Under the pieces are notes generated by a model. The model made no database searches and was not told where the DNA came from. It saw nothing but the letters and a program-made list of their open reading frames with translations. Position numbers and translations under genes: made by a program. A stretch of 57,455 nt of DNA, taken from positions 1 through 57,455 of IMG/VR virus record IMGVR_UViG_3300044658_000099, one strand, 5' to 3'. Source of the DNA: a virus. Positions 40,924 to 49,970 of the stretch are shown one piece after another. How positions within the stretch are numbered: position 1 is the first letter of the stretch; each line of letters opens with the position of its first letter.

Positions 40924-41382
40924 CTATGCCACCTCATTCCATACGTCGTTCAAGATCAGCGGGATAGTCAGCGTGGCCGCCCGGTAGGTCGTCGAGTCGA
41001 ACCGCGCATAGCCGAACTCCGCCCCCAGCGGCGCCCCGTGCATGCCGAGCAGATCCACGTTCGCGACGCTCCCGCCGAGCTCGAAATCACCGCTGTACGC
41101 GTTCATCAGCTCGTCCACCGCGCCCGTCACGGCGATGTCCACGCCATCCAGCGGCTCGCTGTCCGCCGGCATCAGCACCCGCCCGGTCAGCTCCAGCCGT
41201 ACGGACACCGTGGCGAGCCCGGAGCGGGCCGGGATCGGCGTGACCCGCTTGACCCACAGGGCGTACGTCAGCCCGGAGCCGGGCGCGGACACCGGTTCGT
41301 GGCCGAGTACCTGCTCGAACAGGCCCAGCGCCTGGGCGTGCGAGGCTGCGGCGCTCATGTAGGTGGTGAGGTCCAGTGCCAC
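40924..41382 (-). CDS. Neck/tail-terminator-like protein (152 aa)
   Basis: Assigned by position between the gp10-like protein and the tube protein. No diagnostic motif was recognised. Confidence 0.45.
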   Translation of the reverse strand: MALDLTTYMSAAASHAQALGLFEQVLGHEPVSAPGSGLTYALWVKRVTPIPARSGLATVSVRLELTGRVLMPADSEPLDGVDIAVTGAVDELMNAYSGDFELGGSVANVDLLGMHGAPLGAEFGYARFDSTTYRAATLTIPLILNDVWNEVA

Positions 41383-41388
41383 GGCCGC

Positions 41389-41763
41389 TCACATCCGTCC
41401 CGTGTACCGGCGCAGGAGACGCTCCCCGATGCCCTGCTTGCGCTCGTTGAGCTTGTCCCGGGTGACGGTCCAGTGGTCGTAGCCCTTGAACCGGGTCACG
41501 GGGAAGTTCCGGGAGCCGATGCCTGCGAGCCACGGCCCGTACACGACGCGGGAGTCCCAGATCTTGTGCCCGTCGACGACCTGGCAGCGGGACTCGTAGT
41601 AGCCGGTCGGGTGCCGGAACACGCGGTGCATCTCGCCGCGGAGGATCGACAAGCCTTCCTCGGCGAGTTGGCGCTCCAGCCTGTTCACGTACTCGTTGGC
41701 GAGGGCCTGGGCGCGGCCGTCGAAGATCGGGCCCCGTCTGCTGGTGGATACGTCGAGGAGCAC
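41389..41763 (-). CDS. HK97 gp10-like head-tail joining protein candidate (124 aa)
   Basis: ...HPTGYYES...VVYGPWLAGIGS... loosely fits the gp10-family pattern. The position is appropriate. Confidence 0.5.
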   Translation of the reverse strand: MLLDVSTSRRGPIFDGRAQALANEYVNRLERQLAEEGLSILRGEMHRVFRHPTGYYESRCQVVDGHKIWDSRVVYGPWLAGIGSRNFPVTRFKGYDHWTVTRDKLNERKQGIGERLLRRYTGRM

Positions 41764-41764
41764 G

Positions 41765-43147
41765 TCAGATCACCCTCTGCCGGGACTTGCGGCCGTACGC
41801 CTGGTACGCGCTGTCGCGGAGGTCGGCCAACCCCTTGCCGGACGCTTCCCGCTCGTTCTCCCCGGCGCCAGCGGTGCGCGCGTACCCGGAGCGGCCTTGC
41901 AGGAGGTCGGTGAGGGCTTCGGCGATCGTCAGCTGGCGGATTCCGCCCGGCGGTGTCCACCGGTAGACGGTGCTGCTGTTGGCGTGGGTGTCGGCGGTGG
42001 TGCCGAGCGCGCCGCGGGTGACGACGAGCGTGCGCGGGGCGTAGATGGTGGCGCCGGCGGTGTGGGCGGCGATGGTGGAGCCGTCCCACGCCCGCCTGAC
42101 CGTGAGCTGGTTGCCTGCGATGTCCTCGATGAGCATGCGTTCGCTGTCGATGAGGATGGTCTCCCCGGCTGCGAACGCAGCACCGGACTGCACCGGGACG
42201 GTGACGGCGTTGTTCTGGTTGGTCAGGCCGCCGGTGCCGAGGGTCTGGCCGGTGGCGAGTTGCTGCCGGTCGGTGACGATCATTCGTTCGGAGTCGATGC
42301 GGATGATGGAGCCGACGCCGACGGCGGCCGACGTGGGCCCGTCTACGTCAATCCCGGTCTCGGTGGCGTCCAGCACCTCCACAAGGGCGCCCGCGGTGGT
42401 CTCGGTGTTGCGGTAGCCCCACAGGCCGGTGATGGCGACGTCGCGCTGCGGTGTGGAGCCGACGCCGAAGCTGTACGACTGGTCGCGGCGCAGCTCCAGA
42501 GACTGGTACGGCGGCCCGCTGTTGACCGGCTCGAAGTTGCACGCCGTGAGCGGGATCGTCTGGCCGCCGCTGGTGACGGAGCTGGGGACCGCTGCCAGTT
42601 CCCACTGGTCGAGCCAGATCCGCCACGGGTAGGCGTACTGGAAGTTGGGCCAGTCGAAGTAGCGGGTGGCCACGACGGGGGCGAACGTGCGGTGCATCAG
42701 CCCGTCCACCCGGCGGGAAGCGTCCTCCAACGCCCGGTCGATCCGGCTGTTGGAGCGGGCCGTCTCCTTGACGTCCAGCTCCGCCTTGATCTCCTCCCGG
42801 GTGGCGTACCACACGCCGTCCTGCGGGCCGTTCGTGGCCGCGCTGGACGCCGGGGCGGTGACCGTGATGGTCTCCGTCGCCGTCACCGCCGCGCCGGACT
42901 TCAGGCCGGACCAGGTAGCCAGGTACAGGCCCGGGGTGAGCGTGCTCGCCGGGGTCCAGGCGTAGCCGTAGGAGCCGGTTCCCGGGTGCGTGACGCCCGC
43001 CGTGGTCGCGGCGAGCGCGGTCGCGCCGGTGGCAACCGACGCGACGGCGATCGACGGGGTGGCGTCGAGATCGGTGAGGGTGCCGCCGGAGAAGTCGTAC
43101 CACTGCGACAGGAGAGTGACGGACTGGCCTGCGATCACTTCGGTCAT
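41765..43147 (-). CDS. Head-tail adaptor (gp6-like connector motif) with long N- and C-terminal extensions (460 aa)
   Basis: Internal ATG 43145-43147 (ATGA overlap). The motif ...GVWYATREEIKAELDVKETARSNSRIDRALEDASRRVDGLMHRTF is connector-like. Confidence 0.55.
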   Translation of the reverse strand: MTEVIAGQSVTLLSQWYDFSGGTLTDLDATPSIAVASVATGATALAATTAGVTHPGTGSYGYAWTPASTLTPGLYLATWSGLKSGAAVTATETITVTAPASSAATNGPQDGVWYATREEIKAELDVKETARSNSRIDRALEDASRRVDGLMHRTFAPVVATRYFDWPNFQYAYPWRIWLDQWELAAVPSSVTSGGQTIPLTACNFEPVNSGPPYQSLELRRDQSYSFGVGSTPQRDVAITGLWGYRNTETTAGALVEVLDATETGIDVDGPTSAAVGVGSIIRIDSERMIVTDRQQLATGQTLGTGGLTNQNNAVTVPVQSGAAFAAGETILIDSERMLIEDIAGNQLTVRRAWDGSTIAAHTAGATIYAPRTLVVTRGALGTTADTHANSSTVYRWTPPGGIRQLTIAEALTDLLQGRSGYARTAGAGENEREASGKGLADLRDSAYQAYGRKSRQRVI

Positions 43148-43902
43148 ACCGTCGTCCCGTCCGTGATGAGGCCGAGCGTGGCCAGAGCGGTCAGGAGCGA
43201 GGCCAACGCCGCGTTGCCGCCGCGGGAGCCTGTGACGGTGGGCTTGCTCGCCGGGGTGGCGCCGAAGAACCCGACCTGGTTCCCGGTGCCGTCCAGCGTG
43301 TGCTGGGCAGTGCCGTACAGGGCGTCGACGAACTCGACTTTGCCCGCCCACTGGCTGGCCAGCGCGTTCGCGGCGAACCGCATGTATGAGCGCTGGGTGC
43401 CGTCGAAGTTCGTGCCGGACCAGTTGGAAACGATCAGGTCGACGCCCGTCGCCTCCAGATCCAGCGACGAGCCGTCGGTGCGGAACCGGTACGCCTTCCC
43501 CGTGCCGAACGCGGACAGGTTCCCGAAGATCGCCCAGTTTCCGTTCGCCTGGCCGCCCGCCAGCGTGGTGTAGCCGGTCACGTTGAACGCGGCGTTGGAG
43601 ACGGTGACGGTTCCCGTGAACGTGGCTCCCGCGAGTGGGGCTAGCGCGGCGAGCGCCGCAGCGAGCCCGGTGATCTGGTCCTGCGTCAGGGTTACAGGGT
43701 CGCTGCCAGCGGCGGCGTGCGTGGCCGCGTGCGCGGTCGACGCCTTCCCGGCCAGGCCCGTGTCAACGTACGTCTTAGAGGTGGCCGAGAGGCTGGTGTC
43801 CGGGGAGGAGTCGTTCAGGACCAGGTCACCGGTCATGGTGTCCCCGGATTTCGCCACCTTACGGGCGTCGCCCGTCGTGGACACGTAGCCAGTTGCGGTC
43901 AT
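43144..43902 (-). CDS. Fibre-like protein (252 aa)
   Basis: ...KSGDTMTGDLVLN...TSKTYVDTGLAGK...GATFTGTVTV... are motifs typical of phage fibre proteins. Confidence 0.7.
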   Translation of the reverse strand: MTATGYVSTTGDARKVAKSGDTMTGDLVLNDSSPDTSLSATSKTYVDTGLAGKASTAHAATHAAAGSDPVTLTQDQITGLAAALAALAPLAGATFTGTVTVSNAAFNVTGYTTLAGGQANGNWAIFGNLSAFGTGKAYRFRTDGSSLDLEATGVDLIVSNWSGTNFDGTQRSYMRFAANALASQWAGKVEFVDALYGTAQHTLDGTGNQVGFFGATPASKPTVTGSRGGNAALASLLTALATLGLITDGTTV

Positions 43903-43936
43903 GATCTCCTCCTCCCTTCAGACAGTGCGAACAGGC

Positions 43937-44413
43937 TCAGGACTCGGTGGACTTACGGGAGCCCCCCGTAACTCCCCGGCCCTTCTGCGACCCCGTCGAA
44001 GAGCCCTGCCGGCGGCTCCGGCCGGACCCAGTCCCGCGGGTACTGCCATCCGTCGAACCGGCAGTGCCACGTTCCGGGCTCGGATGGGGGTCCTGGTTCG
44101 AGGGGTTCTCCGTCTCGGGGGCAGGCGGTTGGGGGTCCGATGACGTTGGGGTCTCGCTCGAACTCGGCTCGGGCTTGACGTCGGATGTCGAGGAGCTGGT
44201 ACCAGGAGATGACTGCTCACTCCCCTCGGGTGCGATGTAGCCGGGCTCGCCCGGGGCCGCGTCCCGGTTGGACGGGCCCCCAGCGACGGTGATGCGCGGC
44301 ATGTCGTCCTCCTCCATGCGGTCGGCGAACGCCGGCGCGGTGGTGCTGCACTGGGGGCAGCGCAGCAGGCCCACCGCGAACCGGCAGGTGCACTTCGGGC
44401 AGGTCTCCAACAC
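43937..44413 (-). CDS. Zinc-ribbon protein with long disordered S/T/P/G-rich tail (158 aa)
   Basis: MLETCPKCTCRFAVGLLRCPQCST, then about 110 aa of low-complexity sequence ending in a basic G/S/R tract. Confidence 0.7.
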   Translation of the reverse strand: MLETCPKCTCRFAVGLLRCPQCSTTAPAFADRMEEDDMPRITVAGGPSNRDAAPGEPGYIAPEGSEQSSPGTSSSTSDVKPEPSSSETPTSSDPQPPAPETENPSNQDPHPSPERGTAGSTDGSTRGTGSGRSRRQGSSTGSQKGRGVTGGSRKSTES

Positions 44414-44415
44414 GG

Positions 44416-44886
44416 TCAGGCCGCCGCGACCGAAGCGCCCGTGTCGTACGGGATGTACACGAGGTCGTAGGAGATCGCCCCGGTCGTGGACGCCGAGGTG
44501 GTGACCGAGATCGTGCCCGGCTGGATCAGCCAGCCCTGATGCCCCGGCACCTGCACCGCTGCGCCCGCGTTCGCCCCGACCACCAGCGCCGAACCCGGGG
44601 CGACCGGCAGGCTGATGAGCGTGCCGACCTCCTTCGAGGTGATCGCCGTCGCCGTCGCGATGTCCGTCGCCGTTCCGGTGGTGGGGGTGCTGGTGACCTT
44701 CAGCGTGGTCGCCGTACCGCCGATCGCGGTGGTGACCTGCCCGGTTAGGGCGACGACGAGGATCCGGCCGCCGGTGATGGTGAAGATGTTCTGGCTGCCG
44801 GTCTGCGGGATCGTCGCCGCGGTCCGGGACACCGCCAGGCCGGCGCTGATGGTGCGCACGTCCTTGTTCTGGATGAGCGTCGTCAC
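44416..44886 (-). CDS. Beta-rich virion-module protein (156 aa)
   Basis: GTG 44884-44886 (VTTLIQNKDVRTISAGLAV...). T/A/G/V-rich composition. Confidence 0.65.
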   Translation of the reverse strand: MTTLIQNKDVRTISAGLAVSRTAATIPQTGSQNIFTITGGRILVVALTGQVTTAIGGTATTLKVTSTPTTGTATDIATATAITSKEVGTLISLPVAPGSALVVGANAGAAVQVPGHQGWLIQPGTISVTTSASTTGAISYDLVYIPYDTGASVAAA

Positions 44887-44888
44887 GG

Positions 44889-45308
44889 CTACGCCCCCAG
44901 GATCTCGAGGTTGGCGGGCTTCCGCTGCACGGTCAGGTCGTGGAGGATCGCCGTGACCAGCCCGGAGCCGCCCACGGACACCTTGAGGTAGTCGTTCGGG
45001 TCCGCGATCTGCGACGTGAGCACGGTGAACACCACGGTCCCGGACGCGATGGTGACCGCGTTCGACGCGGCCTGCGTGGACTCCACCCATGCGGCGGTGC
45101 CGTTGGTCGACGTGTTGGTGATCTTCCGGGTGATGATGTTGCCCGGGCTGGAGTAGGAACCGCCGAACGTCGAGCTGGCGGTGAGGGTGAACGTGTCGTT
45201 GCCGGTGCAGACGAAGCTGACCGCGGACGCGCCACGGAACTTGAACGCGTTGCCCGCGGCGATCGGGATCACGTTGTACACGCGCCCGAGTCCGTACATG
45301 CCTGCCAT
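44889..45308 (-). CDS. Beta-rich virion-module protein, possible decoration protein (139 aa)
   Basis: Intact ORF directly downstream of the capsid gene. Confidence 0.7.
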   Translation of the reverse strand: MAGMYGLGRVYNVIPIAAGNAFKFRGASAVSFVCTGNDTFTLTASSTFGGSYSSPGNIITRKITNTSTNGTAAWVESTQAASNAVTIASGTVVFTVLTSQIADPNDYLKVSVGGSGLVTAILHDLTVQRKPANLEILGA

Positions 45309-45363
45309 TGCTGTGCCTTCCTTTTGCGACTGGGGTGGTTAGCGGGGCGTCACTGCCGCTGGC

Positions 45364-46761
45364 TCAGCGAGACGCGAGCTGGACGACCGGGGACAGGGTC
45401 GGGCCGCCGTTCTTCGGCGTGATGGGGCTCTGGAGCCACGGCTTACCGTCGACCCTGCTGACGACTCGATAAGCCGTCTTGTCGTTGGCGAACCGGTAGT
45501 GCTCGCTGGAGCTGGTCTCCATCTGCATGCGGTCGCCGATGAGGTAGTACGACAGGTCCACGAAGGAGATGTCGCCGGTGGTGCCCAGGGCCGGGCTCTT
45601 CTCCGTGAAGAAGACGGGCCTTCCGAGAATGCTTGCCGGCGGGGTGTCGGCGCCGCTGGTGCCGCCGGCCATGTTGCCGATCCAGACGGGTCCGCCGCCG
45701 GTGCCGACGGACAGGGCCATGGTGGCGAGCTGGGGGAAGGTGTCGATCGACGCGATCCACACCGCGCGGCCGAGCGAGGTGGGCAGCATGCGGGAGTACA
45801 TCTTGACGAGGTTCTCCCACACGATCGTCCCCGCAGGCTGACCGCTTTCGGCGGCGACCTGCACGGACACCGGGGAGTTGATGAAGCCCTGCGGCTCGCC
45901 GACACCAGTGCCCCCCATGAAGGCGGTGTCCTCGAACCAGCTGATGGCCTTCGGGAACGTCCCGGAGAAGAACCCGGCGAACGCGGGTGCGTCCATCAGC
46001 AGCTCGTTGGGGACCTCCGCGTACGCGGTGAGCTTCCGCGCGTCAAGGACGACCCGCCCGAACGAGGCCTGCGACTCGGTCAGCCCAGCGGCCTCCTCCG
46101 TCCAGTAGCCGACAACGCCACCGAGGATGCTCGACTGGTGCGAGGTGTCGTCGATCATCGGGATCGGCACCCGCAGCGACGACATCGGGATCACCGTGGC
46201 GCGCGGCCGGACCACGGCGGTCTCCAGCGCGACCTGGAGGATCTCGCTCCTGAGTTCCTCCGGGATCAGGAAGCCACCGTCCGCGGGGACCTCGCTGCCG
46301 TAGGAGTTCTGAATCTCGATCAGCTTCTCCAGCTTCGGCCGCAGCTGGTCGAAGTCCCTCAGCCGATCCGCGCGGTACCACGTGGAGCGGAAGTACTCGC
46401 TCGCGTCGTCGAAGATGCCGTCCGCGCGGGCACCGGGGGCGCGCTTGTTGTACAGGCTCTGCCGGGCGCCCGCGCCGAGGCCCTTGATCTCCGGGCGCAG
46501 GTCGTCGGCCCGCTTCCCCGCGAAGTCGACCGGCGGCTTGGCGTCGGAGCCGCTCTGCTTCAGGTACTCGGCGAGCACCAGCTGCATCTGCTCGCGGGCC
46601 TGCGCGTTGATCTCGCCGCGGTTGGACTTGTCGACGGCCTCGGCGTACCCCGTGATGAACTCGCCGAGGGCCTCCTTCGAAGCCCACAGCTCCTTCATCT
46701 TCTCGCCGTCGTTCAGGACCTCCGCGAGCCCCGCCGGGGAGTCCGGAATGGTGATCGTCAC
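45364..46761 (-). CDS. Major capsid protein, HK97 fold family (465 aa)
   Basis: GTG 46759-46761 (GTGA overlap with the protease). The protein has an N-terminal delta-like helical region and ...GGFLIPEELRSEI...AYAEVPNELLMDA... Confidence 0.9.
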   Translation of the reverse strand: MTITIPDSPAGLAEVLNDGEKMKELWASKEALGEFITGYAEAVDKSNRGEINAQAREQMQLVLAEYLKQSGSDAKPPVDFAGKRADDLRPEIKGLGAGARQSLYNKRAPGARADGIFDDASEYFRSTWYRADRLRDFDQLRPKLEKLIEIQNSYGSEVPADGGFLIPEELRSEILQVALETAVVRPRATVIPMSSLRVPIPMIDDTSHQSSILGGVVGYWTEEAAGLTESQASFGRVVLDARKLTAYAEVPNELLMDAPAFAGFFSGTFPKAISWFEDTAFMGGTGVGEPQGFINSPVSVQVAAESGQPAGTIVWENLVKMYSRMLPTSLGRAVWIASIDTFPQLATMALSVGTGGGPVWIGNMAGGTSGADTPPASILGRPVFFTEKSPALGTTGDISFVDLSYYLIGDRMQMETSSSEHYRFANDKTAYRVVSRVDGKPWLQSPITPKNGGPTLSPVVQLASR

Positions 46762-47960
46762 AGCTTCGCCTCCTCGGCGTTCGAGAGCCACGCCGGGAGC
46801 GGCGCGGTGTCGGTGTTGAGCCACGCGGGGAGTCCCTCGGCGTGGTTGTCGGTGCCGCCCTTACCGCTGTCGCCACCGTCGTCGCTGCCCTTGTTGGCGT
46901 CGTCGAGGTGGGCCTGAAGGTGGGCGCGGACGCCGGCCTTGTCGCTCTCCGGGATGGAGGAGCCTTCGAGGCGGGCGAGGCCGTTGCGGCAGGCGGCGAG
47001 GTTGGCGGGGCCGCCCTTGGTGCGGTGGTGGGGGAATTTGTACGACGCCTTTTTGTCGTCCGCGTCGTCGTCGCCCTCCTTGTGAGGGGTGTTCGCCGCT
47101 TCGTCGGACTGCCAGGCGAAGCAGTAGCGCAGCACCTCGTCGTCGTTCGGCATCGCCGCGACGGCGGCCGGCCCGTCCCATGGCTCGTCGACGGTGGCCG
47201 TGTGGTGCACCGGGAGTGCCTTGTTCGTCAGCGGCATCGACTCGACACCCAGCACCGGCGCCGGGGCGTGGGCCTTGGGCTGCTCCTGCTGTGGCTCGGG
47301 CGTCTCCGGCTTGGCGGGAGCGGCGGCGCGTGGCAGCGTGCGCAGCTGCGCCGCGATCTGGCCCGGCACCTCAGCGAACGCGGCCACGTCCAGCCCTGCC
47401 GGGAGCATCGCGTCGCCGTCGCCCACACGGTCGGCGAGACCAGCCTCAACCGCCTGCTCAGCCGTGTACCAGGTCTCTTCCTTCATCGCGGTCCGCCAGT
47501 CCTCGGCGGTGCCCCCCGCCGACCGGGCGTACAGCGCGGCCAGGTTCGCGGAGACCTCATCCAGCGTGGCGGCGGTCTTGGCCAGCTCGGCCGCGTTCCC
47601 GGAGGCGACGGTGAACGCCTCGTGGATCATCATCATCGAGCCGGGCATCATGACCCGCTCCGTGCCAGCCTGCGCGATGACGCTGGCGATGGACGCGGCG
47701 ATGCCGTCGACGACGGTGGTCACCGGGCCCTTGTGGCTCTCGATCGCGTTCTTGATGGAGATGCCGTCCCAGACGTCGCCGCCACCGGAGTTGATGTGGA
47801 CTTCCAGCGGCCCGGTCACGGTCGCGAGCTGGTTGGTGAAGCTCTTGGCGGTGAGGCCTTCGCTGAACCAGCCGCCTTCGCCGATGTCGTCGTAGACGTC
47901 GACGCGGGTCACCCCGGCCTGGTTGGTGATGCGGGCCTTGAGGGGGCGTACGTTCTTCAC
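46758..47960 (-). CDS. ClpP/S14-type prohead protease with about 200-aa C-terminal extension (400 aa)
   Basis: ...HINSGGGDVWDGISIKNAI...VDGIAASIASVIAQAG...MMMIHEA... The C-terminal part is acidic and contains a KFPHH motif. Confidence 0.85.
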   Translation of the reverse strand: MKNVRPLKARITNQAGVTRVDVYDDIGEGGWFSEGLTAKSFTNQLATVTGPLEVHINSGGGDVWDGISIKNAIESHKGPVTTVVDGIAASIASVIAQAGTERVMMPGSMMMIHEAFTVASGNAAELAKTAATLDEVSANLAALYARSAGGTAEDWRTAMKEETWYTAEQAVEAGLADRVGDGDAMLPAGLDVAAFAEVPGQIAAQLRTLPRAAAPAKPETPEPQQEQPKAHAPAPVLGVESMPLTNKALPVHHTATVDEPWDGPAAVAAMPNDDEVLRYCFAWQSDEAANTPHKEGDDDADDKKASYKFPHHRTKGGPANLAACRNGLARLEGSSIPESDKAGVRAHLQAHLDDANKGSDDGGDSGKGGTDNHAEGLPAWLNTDTAPLPAWLSNAEEAKL

Positions 47961-49597
47961 CGGGCACCTGCCCGGTTCCAGGTGGGCAGTTGCTGCGCCA
48001 TCAGTTCCTCCAGGCTGTCCCTCTGCTCGTCGCTGCCCTTGCGCCGCTTGACGACCTTGCAGCGGCAGGCGTTGCCGTACTGGGCTCCGACGCAGTCCTT
48101 GTAGCCCTGGCCGCCCGGGTAGTCCGCGTACGCATCGGCCCGGTTGCGGTAGGTCTTGCCGTCGTTGTCGCGGCACGGCTGGCAGGTGTTGTCGTCGAGG
48201 TGCGCGACGGCGACCCAGCGTTGGGCGTTCTCGATGTCCTCGCTGATCAGCCGGGCGACCGCCGCAGCCAGGGCCGCCGTGTCCGACGGCGCGCTCTCCG
48301 GCGGCGCCCCGCCGGGCTCCTCACCCGGGGCCGGCGCGGCCACCCACCCGGGGGGCAGCGCCGGGGCCTGCGTCGCCTTCTCCACCACGCCCATGTCCGG
48401 CAGGCCCACCGTCTCCAGCACGGCGTGCGGGTCGTACCCGGCGTCCACGAGGACCTTCGCCGCCGTCGCCTTGGACTGCAGCTCCAGCGCGTCGGCCTCA
48501 CGGTTGCCGGTCACCGGGTCCTCGTAGTCCAGCTCGACACCCTCACCCGTCGACCCGAACAGCGGCAGGTAGGAGCAGTTGAGGACGTCACGCCACCGGT
48601 CGAGACGGTCGGTGATCTGGAACGACTCGAACATCTCCTGCGCGGTCTGCGCGTTGGCGCGGTTGACGTCGTCGCTGGTGCCGAGGATCGCCTTGTGCAT
48701 CGCGAACGCCTCGCGGATCACGTCCCGGGAGACGTTGCGGAGGTTCCCGAAATCCATGTCGCGGATCGTGTGCGCGTTCGGCACCCACTGCGCGCCCTGC
48801 TCCAGCACGGCGACCCGGTGCGCGGCGCCCATGCCGCGGTGGGCCTCGCGCCAGCGGGTCGTGAACTCGTTCCACTCGTCGTCGTTCAGCCTGCGGTCGA
48901 CCTGGATCACACCGCCCGGAGTGGCGCTGTTCAAAAAGAAGTTCCGGTTCCACGCCGCGGAGTACTTCGCGGCGTCGATGTCGACGAGGATCGCCTGAAT
49001 CGGACCAAGCCCGTGGTACGGGTCGAACGGGTTCGGATACCGCACCATGATCACTTCGTTCGGTTGTAGCGGCACCGCCTCACCCGACGGACCCCGATAC
49101 ACGTAGCCCGACAAGTAGTCATCCCGCGACGGCACAGGCTCCATCCGGTCCGGCCGCACCGGCCACAACCCCGTCGGGAACGTCGCCCGCGAGTCACGCT
49201 GCACAACCAGATACGCCTCGCCAGTCAGATCGAGGTAGGTCTGCGCCATCTCCCGCAGCTGGAACCCCGTCATGAACGCGTTCGGCCGGTTCCACACCTC
49301 TATCGCGAGGTGCTTGATGACCTCGATCCGCTGATCCGAGCCCTTGTCGCCAGTGGTGTACCGGCGGCGCCCGTCCTGCGGCTGCTGCCGGTACAGGTGC
49401 CACGCCTTCTTCGCGGTCTGCCGGGCGAGCGTGCTGACGATCGAGAACACCGTGCCCGAGCTGCCGTACGCGCGCATGTAGCCCGTCGGGTCGGCGCCGC
49501 CCTCCATCATGCTCTGGCGCAGATAGCCGCGGCCCGCGTACGGGACGGGCGGCTGACCGCTGCTCTTGGCGAGGAGTTTCCCGAAGAGGCTGCTCAC
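47957..49597 (-). CDS. Portal protein with C-terminal MuF/SPP1-gp7-like Cys motif (546 aa)
   Basis: HK97-type portal core (...AKYSAAWNRNFFLNSATPGGVIQV...). The C-terminus has CQPCRDNDGKTY...YKDCVGAQYGNACRCKV. Confidence 0.9.
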   Translation of the reverse strand: MSSLFGKLLAKSSGQPPVPYAGRGYLRQSMMEGGADPTGYMRAYGSSGTVFSIVSTLARQTAKKAWHLYRQQPQDGRRRYTTGDKGSDQRIEVIKHLAIEVWNRPNAFMTGFQLREMAQTYLDLTGEAYLVVQRDSRATFPTGLWPVRPDRMEPVPSRDDYLSGYVYRGPSGEAVPLQPNEVIMVRYPNPFDPYHGLGPIQAILVDIDAAKYSAAWNRNFFLNSATPGGVIQVDRRLNDDEWNEFTTRWREAHRGMGAAHRVAVLEQGAQWVPNAHTIRDMDFGNLRNVSRDVIREAFAMHKAILGTSDDVNRANAQTAQEMFESFQITDRLDRWRDVLNCSYLPLFGSTGEGVELDYEDPVTGNREADALELQSKATAAKVLVDAGYDPHAVLETVGLPDMGVVEKATQAPALPPGWVAAPAPGEEPGGAPPESAPSDTAALAAAVARLISEDIENAQRWVAVAHLDDNTCQPCRDNDGKTYRNRADAYADYPGGQGYKDCVGAQYGNACRCKVVKRRKGSDEQRDSLEELMAQQLPTWNRAGAR

Positions 49598-49863
49598 CGG
49601 TCACCGGCCGGCGAGTCGAGCTTCCAGTCGAGGGTGAGGATCGACAGGCCGGTGGTGATCCATCCGGCGATGGGGTGGGCTTCGAATGCGCCGACGTCGA
49701 TGCAGCCGAGTCCGGCGACGGTCAGCAGGCTGCCGGACAGGCGCGCCGCGGTGGCCCGCACGTGGGCGGCTGCGCGGCGGGCGAGGAGTACAGCGGCGGC
49801 CGGGATGCGGGGGCGCCGGCGTATGCCGCCGGCGGGGAGGGCGTCGTGGAGGGTGGTGGCCAA
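49594..49863 (-). CDS. Small membrane protein between terL and portal (89 aa, TTG start)
   Basis: GGAGG 4 nt upstream of TTG 49861-49863. The stop overlaps the portal GTG (GTGA). Hydrophobic segments are LLTVAGLGCIDVGAF and IAGWITTGLSILTL. Confidence 0.55.
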   Translation of the reverse strand: MATTLHDALPAGGIRRRPRIPAAAVLLARRAAAHVRATAARLSGSLLTVAGLGCIDVGAFEAHPIAGWITTGLSILTLDWKLDSPAGDR

Positions 49864-49970
49864 CGTCCCTCCCTGCCCTCGCGCTGCTTTGTGGTAACCC
49901 TACAAAGGAATGATCGCATGGCCTGTCAAGCAGCATTCGGAACTATGAAGAGTCGACAAGTCGGGCTGTG

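Noticed and set aside
49900-49945. TTGACA hexamer on the minus strand as the -35 of a sigma-70/HrdB-type late promoter
   Set aside because: The best TAGGGT -10-like hexamer lies 21 nt downstream, which is too far for a canonical promoter. It is kept only as a note in the terL-portal finding.
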